This document shows, one piece after another, positions 14,901 to 30,700 of a stretch of DNA of 64,000 nucleotides (its first letter is position 1; each line of letters starts with the position of its first letter). The notes under the pieces were generated by a model, which did not search any database, was not told the DNA's origin, and saw only the letters and a program-made list of their open reading frames with translations. The position numbers and the translations under genes were made by a program. This DNA is from Eledone cirrhosa (taxonomy: Eukaryota), in contig OZ024740.1 in assembly GCA_964016885.1 (NCBI GenBank), forward strand, positions 318,308,001 to 318,372,000. Direction: 5' to 3'.

Positions 14901-17900
14901 ATCCAGGATTGTCTCGTCTATTTCCACAACTTACATTCTATCTCAGTTTCTAACGAGTCTACCAATTCGCTGTATTTATACTACAATACTAACGTCAAAT
15001 AATCCAGAATTGTCTCATCTATTTCCACAACATACATTCTATCTGATATTCGAACGACTCTACCAATTCGAAGTTTTGTACTACAATACTAACAACAAAT
15101 AATGCAGGATTGTCTCGTCTATTTCCACAACTTACATTCTACCTGACATTCTAACGACTCTACGAATTCGAAGTCTTTCTACTACCATACTCACCAGAAA
15201 TAATCCAGGATTGTCTCGTCTATTTCCACAACTTACATTCTATCTGACATTCTAACGACTCTACCAATTCGAAGTCCTTCTATTACAATACTCACAACAA
15301 ATAATCCAGGATTGTCTCGTCTATTCCCACAACTTACATTCTATGTGACATTCTAACGACTCTACCAATTCGAAGTCTTTCTATTAAAATACTCACAACA
15401 AATAATCCAGGATTGTCGCGACTATTTCCACAACTTACATTCTATGTGACATTCTAACCACTCTACCAATTGGAAGTCTTTCTACTACAATACTCACAAC
15501 AAATAATCCAGGATTGTCTCGTCTATTCCCACAACTTACATTATGTCTGACATTCTAATGACTCTACCAATTCGAAGTCTTTCTACTACAATACTAACAA
15601 CAAATAATCTAAGATTGTCTCGTCTATTTCCACAACTTACATTCTATCTGACATTCTAACGACTCTACCAATTCGAAGTCTTTCTATTAAAATACTCACA
15701 ACAAATAATCCAGGATCGTCTCGTCTATTTCCACAACTTACATTCTACCTGACATTCTAACGACTCTACCAATTCGAAGTCTTTCTGCTACAATACTCAC
15801 AACAAATAATCCAGGATTGCCTCGTCTATTTCCACAACTTACATTCTATCTGATATTCTAACGACTCTACCAATTTGAAGTCTTTCTACTACAATACTTA
15901 CAACAAATAATCCAGGATTTCTCGTCTATTTCCACAACTTTTATTCTATCTGATATTCGAACGACTCTACAAATTCGAAGTCTTTCTACTACAATACTCA
16001 CAACAAATAATCCAGGATTGTCTCGTCTATTTCCACAACTTACATTCTATCTCAGTTTCTAACGAATCTACCATTTCGCTGTATTTATACTACAATACTG
16101 ACAACAAATAAACCAGGATTGTCTCGTCTATTTCCACAACTTACATTCTATCTGACATTCTAACGACTCTACCAATTCGAAGTCTTTCTATTAAAATACT
16201 CACAACAAATAATCCAGGATTGCATCGTCTATTTCTACAACTTACATTCTATCTGACATTCTAACGACTCTACCAATTCGAAGTCTTTCTACTACAATAC
16301 TAATAACAAATAATGCAGGATTGTCTCGTCTATTTCCACAACTTACATTCTACCTGACATTCTAACGACTCTATCAATTCGAAGTCTTTCTACTACAATA
16401 CTCACAACAAATCATCCAGGATTGTCTCTTCTATTTCCACGACTTACATTCTATCTGACATTCTAACGACTCTACCAATTCGAAGTCTTTCTACTACAAT
16501 ACTCACAACAAATAATCCAGGATAGTCTCGTCTATTCCCACAACTTACATTCTATGTGACATTCTAACGACTCTACCAATTCGAAGTTTTTCTACTACAA
16601 TACTCACAACAAATAATCCAGGATTGTCTCGTCTATTTCCACAACTTACATTCTATCTGACATTTTAACGACTCTACCAATTCGAAGTCTTTCTATTAAA
16701 ATACTCACAACAAATAATCCAGGATTGTCTCGTCTATTTCCACAACTTACATTCTATGTGACGTTCTAACGACTCTATCAATTCGAAGTCTTTCTACTAC
16801 AATACTCACAACAAATAATCCTGGATTGTCTCGTCTATTCCCACAACTTACATTATATCTGACATTCTAATGACTCTACCAATTCGAAGTCTTTCTACTA
16901 CAATACTAACAACAAATAATCTAAGATTGTCTCGTCTATTTCCACAACTTACATTGTATCTGACATTCTAACGACTCTACCAATTCGAAGTCTTTCTGCT
17001 ACAATACTCACAACAAATAATCGAGGATTGCGTCGTCTATTTCCACACCTTACATTCTATCTGACATTCTAACGACTCTACCAATTCGCTGTATTTCTAC
17101 TACAATACTAACTTCAAATAATCCAGGATTGTCTCGTCTATTTCCACAACTTTCATTCTATCTGATATTCGAACGACTCTTCCAATTCGAAGTCTTTCTA
17201 CTACAATACTCACAACAAATAATCCAGGATTGTCTCGTCTATTTCCACAACTTACATTCTATCTCAGTTTCTAACGAGTCTACCAATTCGCTGTATTTAT
17301 ACTACAATACTAACGTCAAATAATCCAGAATTGTCTCATCTATTTCCACAACTTACATTCTATCTGATATTCGAACGACTCTACCAATTCGAAGTTTTGT
17401 ACTACAATACTAACAACAAATAATGCAGGATTGTCTCGTCTATTTCCACAACTTACATTCTACCTGACATTCTAACGACTCTACGAATTCGAAGTCTTTC
17501 TACTACCATACTCACCAGAAATAATCCAGGATTGTCTCGTCTATTTCCACAACTTACATTCTATCTGACGTTCTAACGACTCTACCAATTCGAAGTCTTT
17601 CTATTACAATACTCACAACAAATAATCCAGGATTGTCTCGTCTATTCCCACAACTTACATTCTATGTGACATTCTAACGACTCTACCAATTCGAAGTTTT
17701 TCTACTACAATACTCACAACAAATAATCCAGGATTGTCTCGTCTATTTCCACAACTTACATTCTATCTGACATTCTAACGACTCTACCAATTCGAAGTCT
17801 TTCTATTAAAATACTCACAACAAATAATCCAGGATTGTCTCGACTATTTCCACAACTTACATTCTATGTGACATTCTAACCACTCTACCAATTGGAAGTC

Positions 17901-20900
17901 TTTCTACTACAATACTCACAACAAATAATCCAGGATTGTCTCGTCTATTCCCACAACTTACATTATGTCTGACATTCTAAAGACTCTACCAATTCGACGT
18001 CTTTCTACTACAATACTAACAACAAATAATCTAAGATTGTCTCGTCTATTTCCACAACTTACATTCTATCTGACATTCTAACGACTCTACCAATTCGAAG
18101 TCTTTCTATTAAAATACTCACAACAAATAATCCAGGATCGTCTCGTCTATTTCCACAACTTACATTCTATGTGACATTCTAACGACTCTACCAATTCGAA
18201 GTCTTTCTACTACAATACTAACAACAAATAATCCAAGATTGTCTCGTCTATTTCCACAACTTACATTCTATCTGACATTCTAACGACTCTACCAATTCGA
18301 AGTCTTTCTATTAAAATACTCACAACAAATAATCCAGGATCGTCTCGTCTATTTCCACAACTTACATTCTATGTGACATTCTAACGACTCTACCAATTCG
18401 AAGTCTTTCTACTACAATACTCACAACAAATCATCCAGGATTGTCTCGTCTATTTCCAGAACTTACATTCTATCTGACATTCTAACGACTCTACCAATTC
18501 GAAGTCTTTCTATTACAATACTCACAACAAATAATCCAGGATTGTCTCGTCTATTCCCACAACTTACATTCTATGTGACATTCTAACGACTCTACCAATT
18601 CGAAGTTTTTCTACTACAATACTCACAACAAATAATCCAGGATTGTCTCGTCTATTTCCACAACTTACATTCTATCTGACATTCTAACGACTCTACCAAT
18701 TCGAAGTCTTTCTATTAAAATACTCACAACAAATAATCCAGGATTGTCTCGTCTATTTCCACAACTTACATTCTATGTGACGTTCTAACGACTCTACCAA
18801 TTCGAAGTCTTTCTACTACAATACTCACAACAAATAATCCTGGATTGTCTCGTCTATTCCCACAACTTACATTATATCTGACATTCTAATGACTCTACCA
18901 ATTCGAAGTCTTTCTACTACAATACTAACAACAAATAATCTAAGATTGTCTCGTCTATTTCCACAACTTACATTGTATCTGACATTCTAACGACTCTACC
19001 AATTCGAAGTCTTTCTGCTACAATACTCACAACAAATAATCGAGGATTGCGTCGTCTATTTCCACACCTTACATTCTATCTGACATTCTAACGACTCTAC
19101 CAATTCTCTGTATTTCTACTACAATACTAACTTCAAATAATCCAGGATTGTCTCGTCTATTTCCACAACTTACATTCTATCTGATATTCTAACGACTCTA
19201 CCAATTTGAAGTCTTTCTACTACAATACTAACAACAAATAATCCAGGATTTCTCGTCTATTTCTACAACTTTCATTCTATCTGATATTCGAACGACTCTT
19301 CCAATTCGAAGTCTTTCTACTACAATACTCACAACAAATAATCCAGGATTGTCTCGTCTATTTCCACAACTTACATTCTATCTCAGTTTCTAACGAGTCT
19401 ACCAATTCGCTGTATTTATACTACAATACTAACGTCAAATAATCCAGAATTGTCTCATCTATTTCCACAACTTACATTCTATCTGATATTCTAACGACTC
19501 TACCAATTTGAAGTCTTTCTACTACAATACTAACAACAAATAATCCAGGATTTCTCGTCTATTTTCACAACTTTCATTCTATCTGACATTCTAACGACTC
19601 TACCAATTCGAAGTCTTTCTACTACAATACTAACAACAAATAATCTAAGATTGTCTCGTCTATTTCCACAACTTACATTCTATCTGACATTCTAACGACT
19701 CTACCAATTCGAAGTCTTTCTATTAAAATACTCACAACAAATAATCCAGGATCGTCTCGTCTATTTCCACAACTTACATTCTATGTGACATTCTAACGAC
19801 TCTACCAATTCGAAGTCTTTCTACTACAATACTCACAACAAATCATCCAGGATTGTCTCGTCTATTTCCACAACTTACATTCTATGTGACATTCTAACGA
19901 CTCTACCAATTCGAAGTCTTTCTATTACAATACTCACAACAAATAATCCAGGATTGTCTCGTCTATTCCCACAACTTACATTCTATGTGACATTCTAACG
20001 ACTCTACCAATTCGAAGTTTTTCTACTACAATACTCACAACAAATAATCCAGGATTGTCTCGTCTATTTCCACAACTTACATTCTATCTGACATTCTAAC
20101 GACTCTACCAATTCGAAGTCTTTCTATTAAAATACTCACAACAAATAATCCAGGATTGTCTCGTCTATTTCCACAACTTACATTCTATGTGACGTTCTAA
20201 CGACTCTACCAATTCGAAGTCTTTCTACTACAATACTCACAACAAATAATCCTGGATTGTCTCGTCTATTCCCACAACTTACACTATATCTGACATTCTA
20301 ATGACTCTACCAATTCGAAGTCTTTCTACTACAATACTAACAACAAATAATCTAAGATTGTCTCGTCTATTTCCACAACTTACATTGTATCTGACATTCT
20401 AACGACTCTACCAATTCGAAGTCTTTCTGCTACAATACTCACAACAAATAATCGAGGATTGCGTCGTCTATTTCCACACCTTACATTCTATCTGACATTC
20501 TAACGACTCTACCAATTCGCTGTATTTCGACTACAATACTAACTTCAAATAATCCAGGATTGTCTCGTCTATTTCCACAACTTACATTCTATCTGATATT
20601 CTAACGACTCTACCAATTTGAAGTCTTTCTACTACAATACTAACAACAAATAATCCAGGATTTCTCGTCTATTTCCACAACTTTCATTCTATCTGATATT
20701 CGAACGACTCTTCCAATTCGAAGTCTTTCTACTACAATACTCACAACAAATAATCCAGGATTGTGTCGTCTATTTCCACAACTTACATTCTATCTCAGTT
20801 TCTAACGAGTCTACCAATTCGCTGTATTTATACTACAATACTAACGTCAAATAATCCAGAATTGTCTCATCTATTTCCACAACTTACATTCTATCTGATA

Positions 20901-23900
20901 TTCTAACGACTCTACCAATTTGAAGTCTTTCTACTACAATACTAACAACAAATAATCCAGGATTTCTCGTCTATTTCCACAACTTGCATTCTACCTGACA
21001 TTCTAACGACTCTACGAATTCGAAGTCTTTCTACTACCATACTCACCAGAAATAATCCAGGATTGTCTCGTCTATTTCCACAACTTACATTCTATGTGAC
21101 ATTCTAACGACTCTACCAATTCGAAGTCTTTCTACTACAATACTCACAACAAATCATCCAGGATTGTCTCGTCTATTTCCACAACTTACATTCTATCTGA
21201 CATTCTAACGACTCTACCAATTCGAAGTCTTTCTATTACAATACTCACAACAAATAATCCAGGATTGTCTCGTCTATTCCCACAACTTACATTCTATGTG
21301 ACATTCTAACGACTCTACCAATTCGAAGTTTTTCTACTACAATACTCACAACAAATAATCCAGGATTGTCTCGTCTATTTCCACAACTTACATTCTATCT
21401 GACATTCTAACGACTCTACCAATTCGAAGTCTTTCTATTAAAATACTCACAACAAATAATCCAGGATTGTCTCGTCTATTTCCACAACTTACATTCTATG
21501 TGACGTTCTAACGACTCTACCAATTCGAAGTCTTTCTACTACAATACTCACAACAAATAATCCTGGATTGTCTCGTCTATTCCCACAACTTACATTATAT
21601 CTGACATTCTAATGACTCTACCAATTCGAAGTCTTTCTACTACAATACTAACAACAAATAATCTAAGATTGTCTCGTCTATTTCCACAACTTACATTGTA
21701 TCTGACATTCTAACGACTCTACCAATTCGAAGTCTTTCTGCTACAATACTCACAACAAATAATCGAGGATTGCGTCGTCTATTTCCACACCTTACATTCT
21801 ATCTGACATTCTAACGACTCTACCAATTCGCTGTATTTCTACTACAATACTAACTTCAAATAATCCAGGATTGTCTCGTCTATTTCCACAACTTACATTC
21901 TATCTGATATTCTAACGACTCTACCAATTTGAAGTCTTTCTACTACAATACTAACAACAAATAATCCAGGATTTCTCGTCTATTTCCACAACTTTCATTC
22001 TATCTGATATTCGAACGACTCTTCCAATTCGAAGTCTTTCTACTACAATACTCACAACAAATAATCCAGGATTGTCTCGTCTATTTCCACAACTTACATT
22101 CTATCTCAGTTTCTAACTAGTCTACCAATTCGCTGTATTTATACTACAATACTAACGTCAAATAATCCAGAATTGTCTCATCTATTTCCACAACTTACAT
22201 TCTATCTGATATTCTAACGACTCTACCAATTTGAAGTCTTTCTACTACAATACTAACAACAAATAATCCAGGATTTCTCGTCTATTTTCACAACTTTCAT
22301 TCTATCTGACATTCTAACGACTCTACCAATTCGAAGTCTTTCTACTACAATACTAACAACAAATAATCTAAGATTGTCTCGTCTATTTCCACAACTTTCA
22401 TTCTATCTGATATTCTAACGACTCTACCAATTTGAAGTCTTTCTACTACAATACTAACAACAAATAATCCAGGATTTCTCGTCTATTTCCACAACTTGCA
22501 TTCTACCTGACATTCTAACGACTCTACGAATTCGAAGTCTTTCTACTACCATACTCACCAGAAATAATCCAGGATTGTCTCGTCTATTTCCCCAACTTAC
22601 ATTCTATCTGACATTCTAACGACTCTACCAATTCGAAGTCTTTCTATTACAATACTCACAACAAATAATCCAGGATTGTCTCGTCTATTCCCACAACTTA
22701 CATTCTATGTGACATTCTAACGACTCTACCAATTCGAAGTTTTTCTACTACAATACTCACAACAAATAATCCAGGATTGTCTCGTCTATTTCCACAACTT
22801 ACATTCTATCTGACATTCTAACGACTCTACCAATTCGAAGTCTTTCTATTAAAATACTCACAACAAATAATCCAGGATTGTCTCGACTATTTCCACAACT
22901 TACATTCTATGTGACATTCTAACCACTCTACCAATTGGAAGTCTTTCTACTACAATACTCACAACAAATAATCCAGGATTGTCTCGTCTATTCCCACAAC
23001 TTACATTATGTCTGACATTCTAATGACTCTACCAATTCGAAGTCTTTCTACTACAATACTAACAACAAATAATCTAAGATTGTCTCGTCTATTTCCACAA
23101 CTTACATTCTATCTGCAATTTTAACGACTCTACCAATTCGAAGTCTTTCTATTAAAATACTCACAACAAATAATCCAGGATCGTCTCGTCTATTTCCACA
23201 ACTTACATTCTATGTGACATTCTAACGACTCTACCAATTCGAAGTCTTTCTACTACAATACTAACAACAAATAATCTAAGATTGTCTCGTCTATTTCCAC
23301 AACTTACATTCTACCTGACATTCTAACGACTCTACCAATTCGAAGTCTTTCTGCTACAATACTCACAACAAATAATCCAGGATTGCCTCGTCTATTTCCA
23401 CACTTTACATTCTATCTGACATTCTAACGACTCTAACAATTCGCTGTATTTCTACTACAATACTAACTTCAAATAATCCAGGATTGTCTCGTCTATTTCC
23501 ACAACTTACATTCTATCTGATATTCTAACGACTCTACCAATTTGAAATCTTTCTACTACAATACTAACAACAAATAATCCAGGATTTCTCGTCTATTTCC
23601 ACAACTTTTATTCTATCTGATATTCGAACGACTCTACCAATTCGAAGTCTTTCTACTGCAATACTCACAACAAATAATCCAGGATTGTCTCGTCTATTTC
23701 CACAACTTACATTCTATCTCAGTTTCTAACGAATCTACCATTTCGCTGTATTTATACTACAATACTGACAACAAATAAACCAGGATTGTCTCGTCTATTT
23801 CCACAACTTACATTCTATCTGACATTCTAACGACTCTACCAATTCGAAGTCTTTCTATTAAAATACTCACAACAAATAATCCAGGATTGTCTCGTCTATT

Positions 23901-26900
23901 TCCACAACTTACATTCTATGTGACATTCTAACGACTCTACCAATTCGAAGTTTTTCTACTACAATACTCACAACAAATAATCCAGGATTGTCTCGTCTAT
24001 TTCCACAACTTACATTCTATCTGACATTCTAACGACTCTACCAATTCGAAGTCTTTCTATTAAAATACTCACAACAAATAATCCAGGATTGTCACGTCTA
24101 TTTCCACAACTTACATTCTATGTGACGTTCTAACGACTCTACCAATTCGAAGTCTTTCTACTACAATACTGACAACAAATAATCCTGGATTGTCTCGTCT
24201 ATTCCCACAACTTACATTATATCTGACATTCTAATGACTCTACCAATTCGAAGTCTTTCTACTACAATACTAACAACAAATAATCTAAGATTGTCTCGTC
24301 TATTTCCACAACTTACATTGTATCTGACATTCTAACGACTCTACCAATTCGAAGTCTTTCTGCTACAATACTCACAACAAATAATCGAGGATTGCGTCGT
24401 CTATTTCCACACCTTACATTCTATCTGACATTCTAACGACTCTACCAATTCGCTGTATTTCTACTACAATACTAACTTCAAATAATCCAGGATTGTCTCG
24501 TCTATTTCCACAACTTACATTCTATCTGATATTCTAACGACTCTACCAATTTGAAGTCTTTCTACTACAATACAAACAACAAATAATCCAGGATTTCTCG
24601 TCTATTTCCACAACTTTCATTCTATCTGATATTCGAACGACTCTTCCAATTCGAAGTCTTTCTACTACAATACTCACAACAAATAATCCAGGATTGTCTT
24701 GTCTATTTCCACAACTTACATTCTATCTCAGTTTCTAACGAGTCTACCAATTCGCTGTATTTATACTACAATACTAACGTCAAATAATCCAGAATTGTCT
24801 CATCTATTTCCACAACTTACATTCTATCTGATATTCGAACGACTCTACCAATTCGAAGTTTTGTACTACAATACTAACAACAAATAATGCAGGATTGTCT
24901 CGTCTATTTCCACAACTTACATTCTACCTGACATTCTAACGACTCTACGAATTCGAAGTCTTTCTACTACAATACTCACCACAAATAATCCAGGATTGTC
25001 TCGTCTATTTCCACAACTTACATTCTATCTGACATTCTAACGACTCTACCAATTCGAAGTCTTTCTATTACAATACTCACAACAAATAATCCAGGATTGT
25101 CTCGTCTATTCCCACAACTTACATTCTATGTGACATTCTAACGAATCTACCAATTCGAAGTTTTTCTACTACAATACTCACAACAAATAATCCAGGATTG
25201 TCTCGTCTATTTCCACAACTTACATTCTATCTGACATTCTAACGACTCTACCAATTCGAAGTCTTTCTATTAAAATACTCACAACAAATAATCCAGGATT
25301 GTCTCGACTATTTCCACAACTTACATTATATGTGACATTCTAACCACTCTACCAATTGGAAGTCTTTCTACTACAATACTCACAACAAATAATCCAGGAT
25401 TGTCTCGTCTATTCCCACAACTTACATTATGTCTGACATTCTAATGACTCTACCAATTCGAAGTCTTTCTACTACAATACTAACAACAAATAATCTAAGA
25501 TTGTCTCGTCTATTTCCACAACTTACATTCTATCTGACATTCAAACGACTCTACCAATTCGAAGTCTTTCTACTACAATACAAACGTCAAATAATCCAGG
25601 ATTGTCTCGTCTATTTCCACAACTTACATTCTATCTCAGTTTCTAACGAATCTACCATTTCGCTGTATTTATACTACAATACTGACAACAAATAAACCAG
25701 GATTGTCTCGTCTATTTCCACAACTTACATTCTATCTGACATTCTAACGACTCTACCAATTCGAAGTCTTTCTATTAAAATACTCACAACAAATAATCCA
25801 GGATTGTCTCGTCTATTTCCACAACTTACATTCTATGTGACATTCTAACGACTCTACCAATTCGAAGTCTTTCTACTACAATACTCACAACAAATAATCC
25901 TGGATTGTCTCGTCTATTCCCACAACTTACATTATATCTGACATTCTAATGACTCTACCAATTCGAAGTCTTTCTACTACAATACTAACAACAAATAATC
26001 TAAGATTGTCTCGTCTATTTCCACAACTTACATTCTATCTGACATTCTAACGACTCCACCAATTCGAAGTCTTTCTGCTACGATACTCACAACAAATAAT
26101 CCAGGATTGCCTCGTCTATTTCCACACCTTACATTCTATCTGACATTCTAACCACTCTACCAATTCGCTGTATTTCTACTACAATACTAACTTCAAATAA
26201 TCCAGGATTGTCTCGTCTATTTCCACAACTTACATTCTATCTGATATTCTAACGACTCTACCAATTTGAAGTCTTTCTACTACAATACTAACAACAAATA
26301 ATCCAGGATTTCTCGTCTATTTCCACAACTTTCATTGTATCTGATATTCGAACGACTCTTCCAATTCGAAGTCTTTCTACTACAATACTCACAACAAATA
26401 ATCCAGGATTGTCTCGTCTATTTCCACAACTTACATTCTATCTCAGTTTCTAACGAGTCTACCAATTCGCTGTATTTATACTACAATACTAACTTCAAAT
26501 AATCCAGAATTGTCTCATCTATTTCCACAACTTACATTCTATCTGATATTCGAACGACTCTACCAATTCGAAGTCTTTGTACTACAATACTAACAAAAAA
26601 TAATGCAGGATCGTCTCGTCTATTTCCACAACTTACATTCTACCTGACATTCTAACGACTCTACGAATTCGAAGTCTTTCTATAACAATACTCACCAGAA
26701 ATAATCCAGGATTGTCTCGTCTATTTCCACAACTTACATTCTATCTGACATTCTAACGACTCTACCAATTCGAAGTCTTTCTATTACAATACTCACAACA
26801 AATAATAAAGGATTGTCTCGTCTATTCCCACAACTTACATTCTATGTGACATTCTAACGACTCTACCAATTCGAAGTTTATCTACTACAATACTCACAAC

Positions 26901-27750
26901 AAATAATCCAGGATTGTCTCGTCTATTTCCACAACTTACATTCTATCTGACATTCTAACGACTCTACCAATTCGAAGTCTTTCTATTAAAATACTCACAA
27001 CAAATAATCCAGGATTGTCTCGATCATTTCCACAACTTACATTCTATGTGACATTCTAACCACTCTACCAATTCGAAGTCTTTCTACTACAATACTCACA
27101 ACAAATAATCCAGGATTGTCTCGTCTATTCCCACAACTTACATTATGTCTGACATTCTAACGACTCTACCAATTCGAAGTCTTTCTACTACAATACTAAC
27201 AACAAATAATCTAAGATTGTCTCGTCTATTTCCACAACTTACATTCTATCTGACATTCTAACGACTCTACCAATTCGAAGTCTTTCTGCTACAATCATCA
27301 CAACAAATAATCCAGGATTGCCTCGTCTATTTCCACACTTTACATTCTATCTGACATTCTAACGACTCTACCAATTCGCTGTATTTCTACTACAATACTA
27401 ACTTCAAATAATCCAGGATTGTCTCGTCTATTTCCACAACTTACATTCTATCTGATATTCTAACGACTCTACCAATTTGAAGTCTTTCTACTACAATACT
27501 AACAACAAATAATCCAGGATTTCTCGTCTATTTCCACAACTTTTATTCTATCTGACGTTCTAACGACTCTACCAATTTGAAGTCTTTCTACTACAATACT
27601 CACAACAAATAATCCAGGATTGTCTCGTCTATTTCCACAACTTACATTCTATCTCAGTTTCTAACGAGTCTACCAATTCGCTGTATTTATACTACAATAC
27701 TCACAACAAATAAACCAGGATTGTCTCGTCTATTTCCACAACTTACATTC
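2900..27750 (+). repeat. Satellite subfamily domain II: HOR-like array built from two related ~14-mer units and their truncated derivatives
   Basis: Diagnostic variants seen only here are ATTAAAATACT (about 3177 to 26985), ATCGAGGATTGCGTC, GAATCTACCATTT, AATCCTGGATT and the 1-bp deletion GAAGTTTTGTAC. The CTCAGTTT marker recurs at 1413-bp (14x101-1) spacing at 6468/7881, 10099/11512/12925 and 13529/14942. Confidence 0.8.
11290..15300 (+). repeat. Tandem duplication of a 20-monomer block (period 2017 bp)
   Basis: CTCAG markers 11512->13529 and 12925->14942, and the rare variant TTCAAAAAC 12302->14319, are all offset by 2017 (20x101-3). Confidence 0.85.
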
Positions 27751-27789
27751 TATCTGACATACTAACGACTCTACCAATTCGAAGACTTT

Positions 27790-30700
27790 CTACTACAATA
27801 CTAACTTTAAACAATCCAGGATTGTCTCCTCTATTTCCACAACTTACATTCTATCTGACATTCTAACGACTCTACCAATTCGATGTCTCTCTACTACAAT
27901 ACTCACAACTAATAATCCAGGATTGTCTCGTCTTTTTCCACAACTTACATTCTATCTGTCATTCTAACGACTCTACCAATTCGAAGTCTATCTATTACAG
28001 TATTAACAACAAATAATCCAGGATTCTATCGTCTATTTCCACAACTTACATTCTATCTGATATTCTAACGGCTCTACCAATTCGCTGTATTTCTACTACA
28101 ATACTAACTTCAAATAATCCAGGATTTTCTCATCTATTTCCACAACTTACATTCTATGTGATATTCGAACGACTCTACAAATTCGAAGTCTTTGTACTAC
28201 AATACTAACAACAAATAATGCAGGATTGTCTCGTCTATTTCCACAACTTACATTCTATCTGACATTCTAACGACTCTACCAATTCGAAGTCATCCTATTA
28301 CAATACTCACAACAAATAATCCAGGATTGTCTCGTCTATTTCCACGACTTACATTCTACCTGACATTCTAACGACTCTACGAATTCGAAGTCTTTCTACT
28401 ACAATACTCACAACAAATAATCCAGGATTGTCCCGTCTATTGCCACAACTTACATTCTACCTGACATTCTAACGACTCTACGAATTCGAAGTCTTTCTAC
28501 TACAATACTCACAACAAATAATCCAGGATTGTCTCGTCTATTTCCACAACTTACATTCTATCTGACACTCTAACGACTCTACCAATTCGAAGTCTTTCTA
28601 TTACAATACTCACAACAAATAATCCAGGATTGTCTCGTCTATTCCCACAACTTACATTCTATGTGACATTCTAACGACTCTACCAATTCGAAGTTTTTCT
28701 ACTACAATACTCACAACAAATAATCCAGGATTGTCTCGTCTATTTCCACAACTTACATTCTATCTGACATTCTAACAACTCTACCAAGTCGAAGTCTTTC
28801 TATTACAATACTCACAACAAATAATCCAGGATTGTCTCGTCTATTTCCACAACTTACATTCTATGTGACATTCTAATGACTCTACCAATTCGACGTCTTT
28901 CTACTACAATACTAACAACAAATAATCTAAGATTGTCTCGTCTATTTCCACAACTTACATTCTATCTGACATTCTAACGACTCTACCAATTCGAAGTCTT
29001 TCTGCTACAATACTCACAACAAATAATCCAGGATTGCCTCGTCTATTTCCACACCTTACGTTCTATCTGACATTCTAACGACTCTACCAATTATCTGTAT
29101 TTCTACTACAATACTAACTTCAAATAATCCAGGATTGTCTCGTCTATTCCCACAACTTACATTCTATCTGATATTCTAACGACTCTACCAATTTGAAGTC
29201 TTTCTACTACAATACTAACAACAAATAATCCAGGATTTCTCGTCTATTTCCACAACTTTCATTCTATCTGATATTCGAACGACTCTACCAATTCGAACTC
29301 TTTCTACTACAATACTCACAACAAATAATCCAGGATTGTCTCGTCTATTTCCACAACTTACATTCTATCTCAGTTTCTAACGAGTCTACCAATTCGCTGT
29401 ATTTATACTACAATACTCACAACAAATAAACCAGGATTGTCTCGTCTATTTCCACAACTTACATTCTATCTGACATACTAACGACTCTACCAATTCGAAG
29501 ACTTTCTACTACAATACTAACTTTAAACAATCCAGGATTGTCTCCTCTATTTCCACAACTTACATTCTATCTGACATTCTAACGATTCTACCAATTCGAT
29601 GTCTCTCTACTACAATACTCACAACTAATAATCCAGGATTGTCTCGTCTATTCCCACAACTTACATTATATCTGACATTCTAATGACTCTACCAATTCGA
29701 CGTCTTTCTACTACAATACTAACAACAAATAATCTAAGATTGTCTTGTCTATTTCCACAACTTACATTCTATCTGACATTCTATAGACTCTACCAATTCG
29801 AAGTCTTTCTGCTACAATACTCACAACAAATAATCCAGGATTTCTCGTCTATTTCCACAACTTTCATTCTATCTGATATTCGAACGACTCTACCAATTCG
29901 AAGTCTTTCTACTACAATACTCACAACAAATAAACCAGGATTGTCTCGTCTATTTCCACAACTTACATTCTATCTGACATACTAACGACTCTACCAATTC
30001 GAAGTCTTTCTACTACAATACTAACTTTAAACTATCCAGGATTGTCTCCTCTATTTCCACAACTTACATTCTATCTGACATTCTAACGACTCTACCAATT
30101 CGATGTCTCTCTACTACAATACTCACAACACATAATCCAGGATTGTCTCGTCCATTTCCACAACTTACATTCTATCTGACATTCTAACGACTCTACCAAT
30201 TCGAAGTCTATCTATTACAGTACTAACAACAAATAATCCATGATTCTATCGTCTATTTCCACAACTTACATTCTATCTGATATTCTAACGACTCTACCAA
30301 TTCGCTGTATTTCTACTACAATACTAACTTCAAATAATCCAGGATTGTCTCATCTATTTCCACAACTTACATTCTATCTGATATTCGAACGACTCTACCA
30401 ATTCGAAGTCTTTGTACTACAATACTAACAACAAATAATGCAGGATTGTCTCGTCTATTTCCACAAATTACATTGTATCTGACATTCTAACGACTCTACC
30501 AATTCGAAGTGTTTCTACTACAATACTCACAACAAATAATCAAGGATTGTATCGTCTATTTCCACAACGTACATTCTATCTGACATTCTAACGACTCTAC
30601 CAATTCGAAGTCTTTCTACTACAATACTCACAACAATTAATCCAGGAATGTCTCGTCTATTTCCACACCTTACATTCTATCTGACATTCTAACGACTCTG

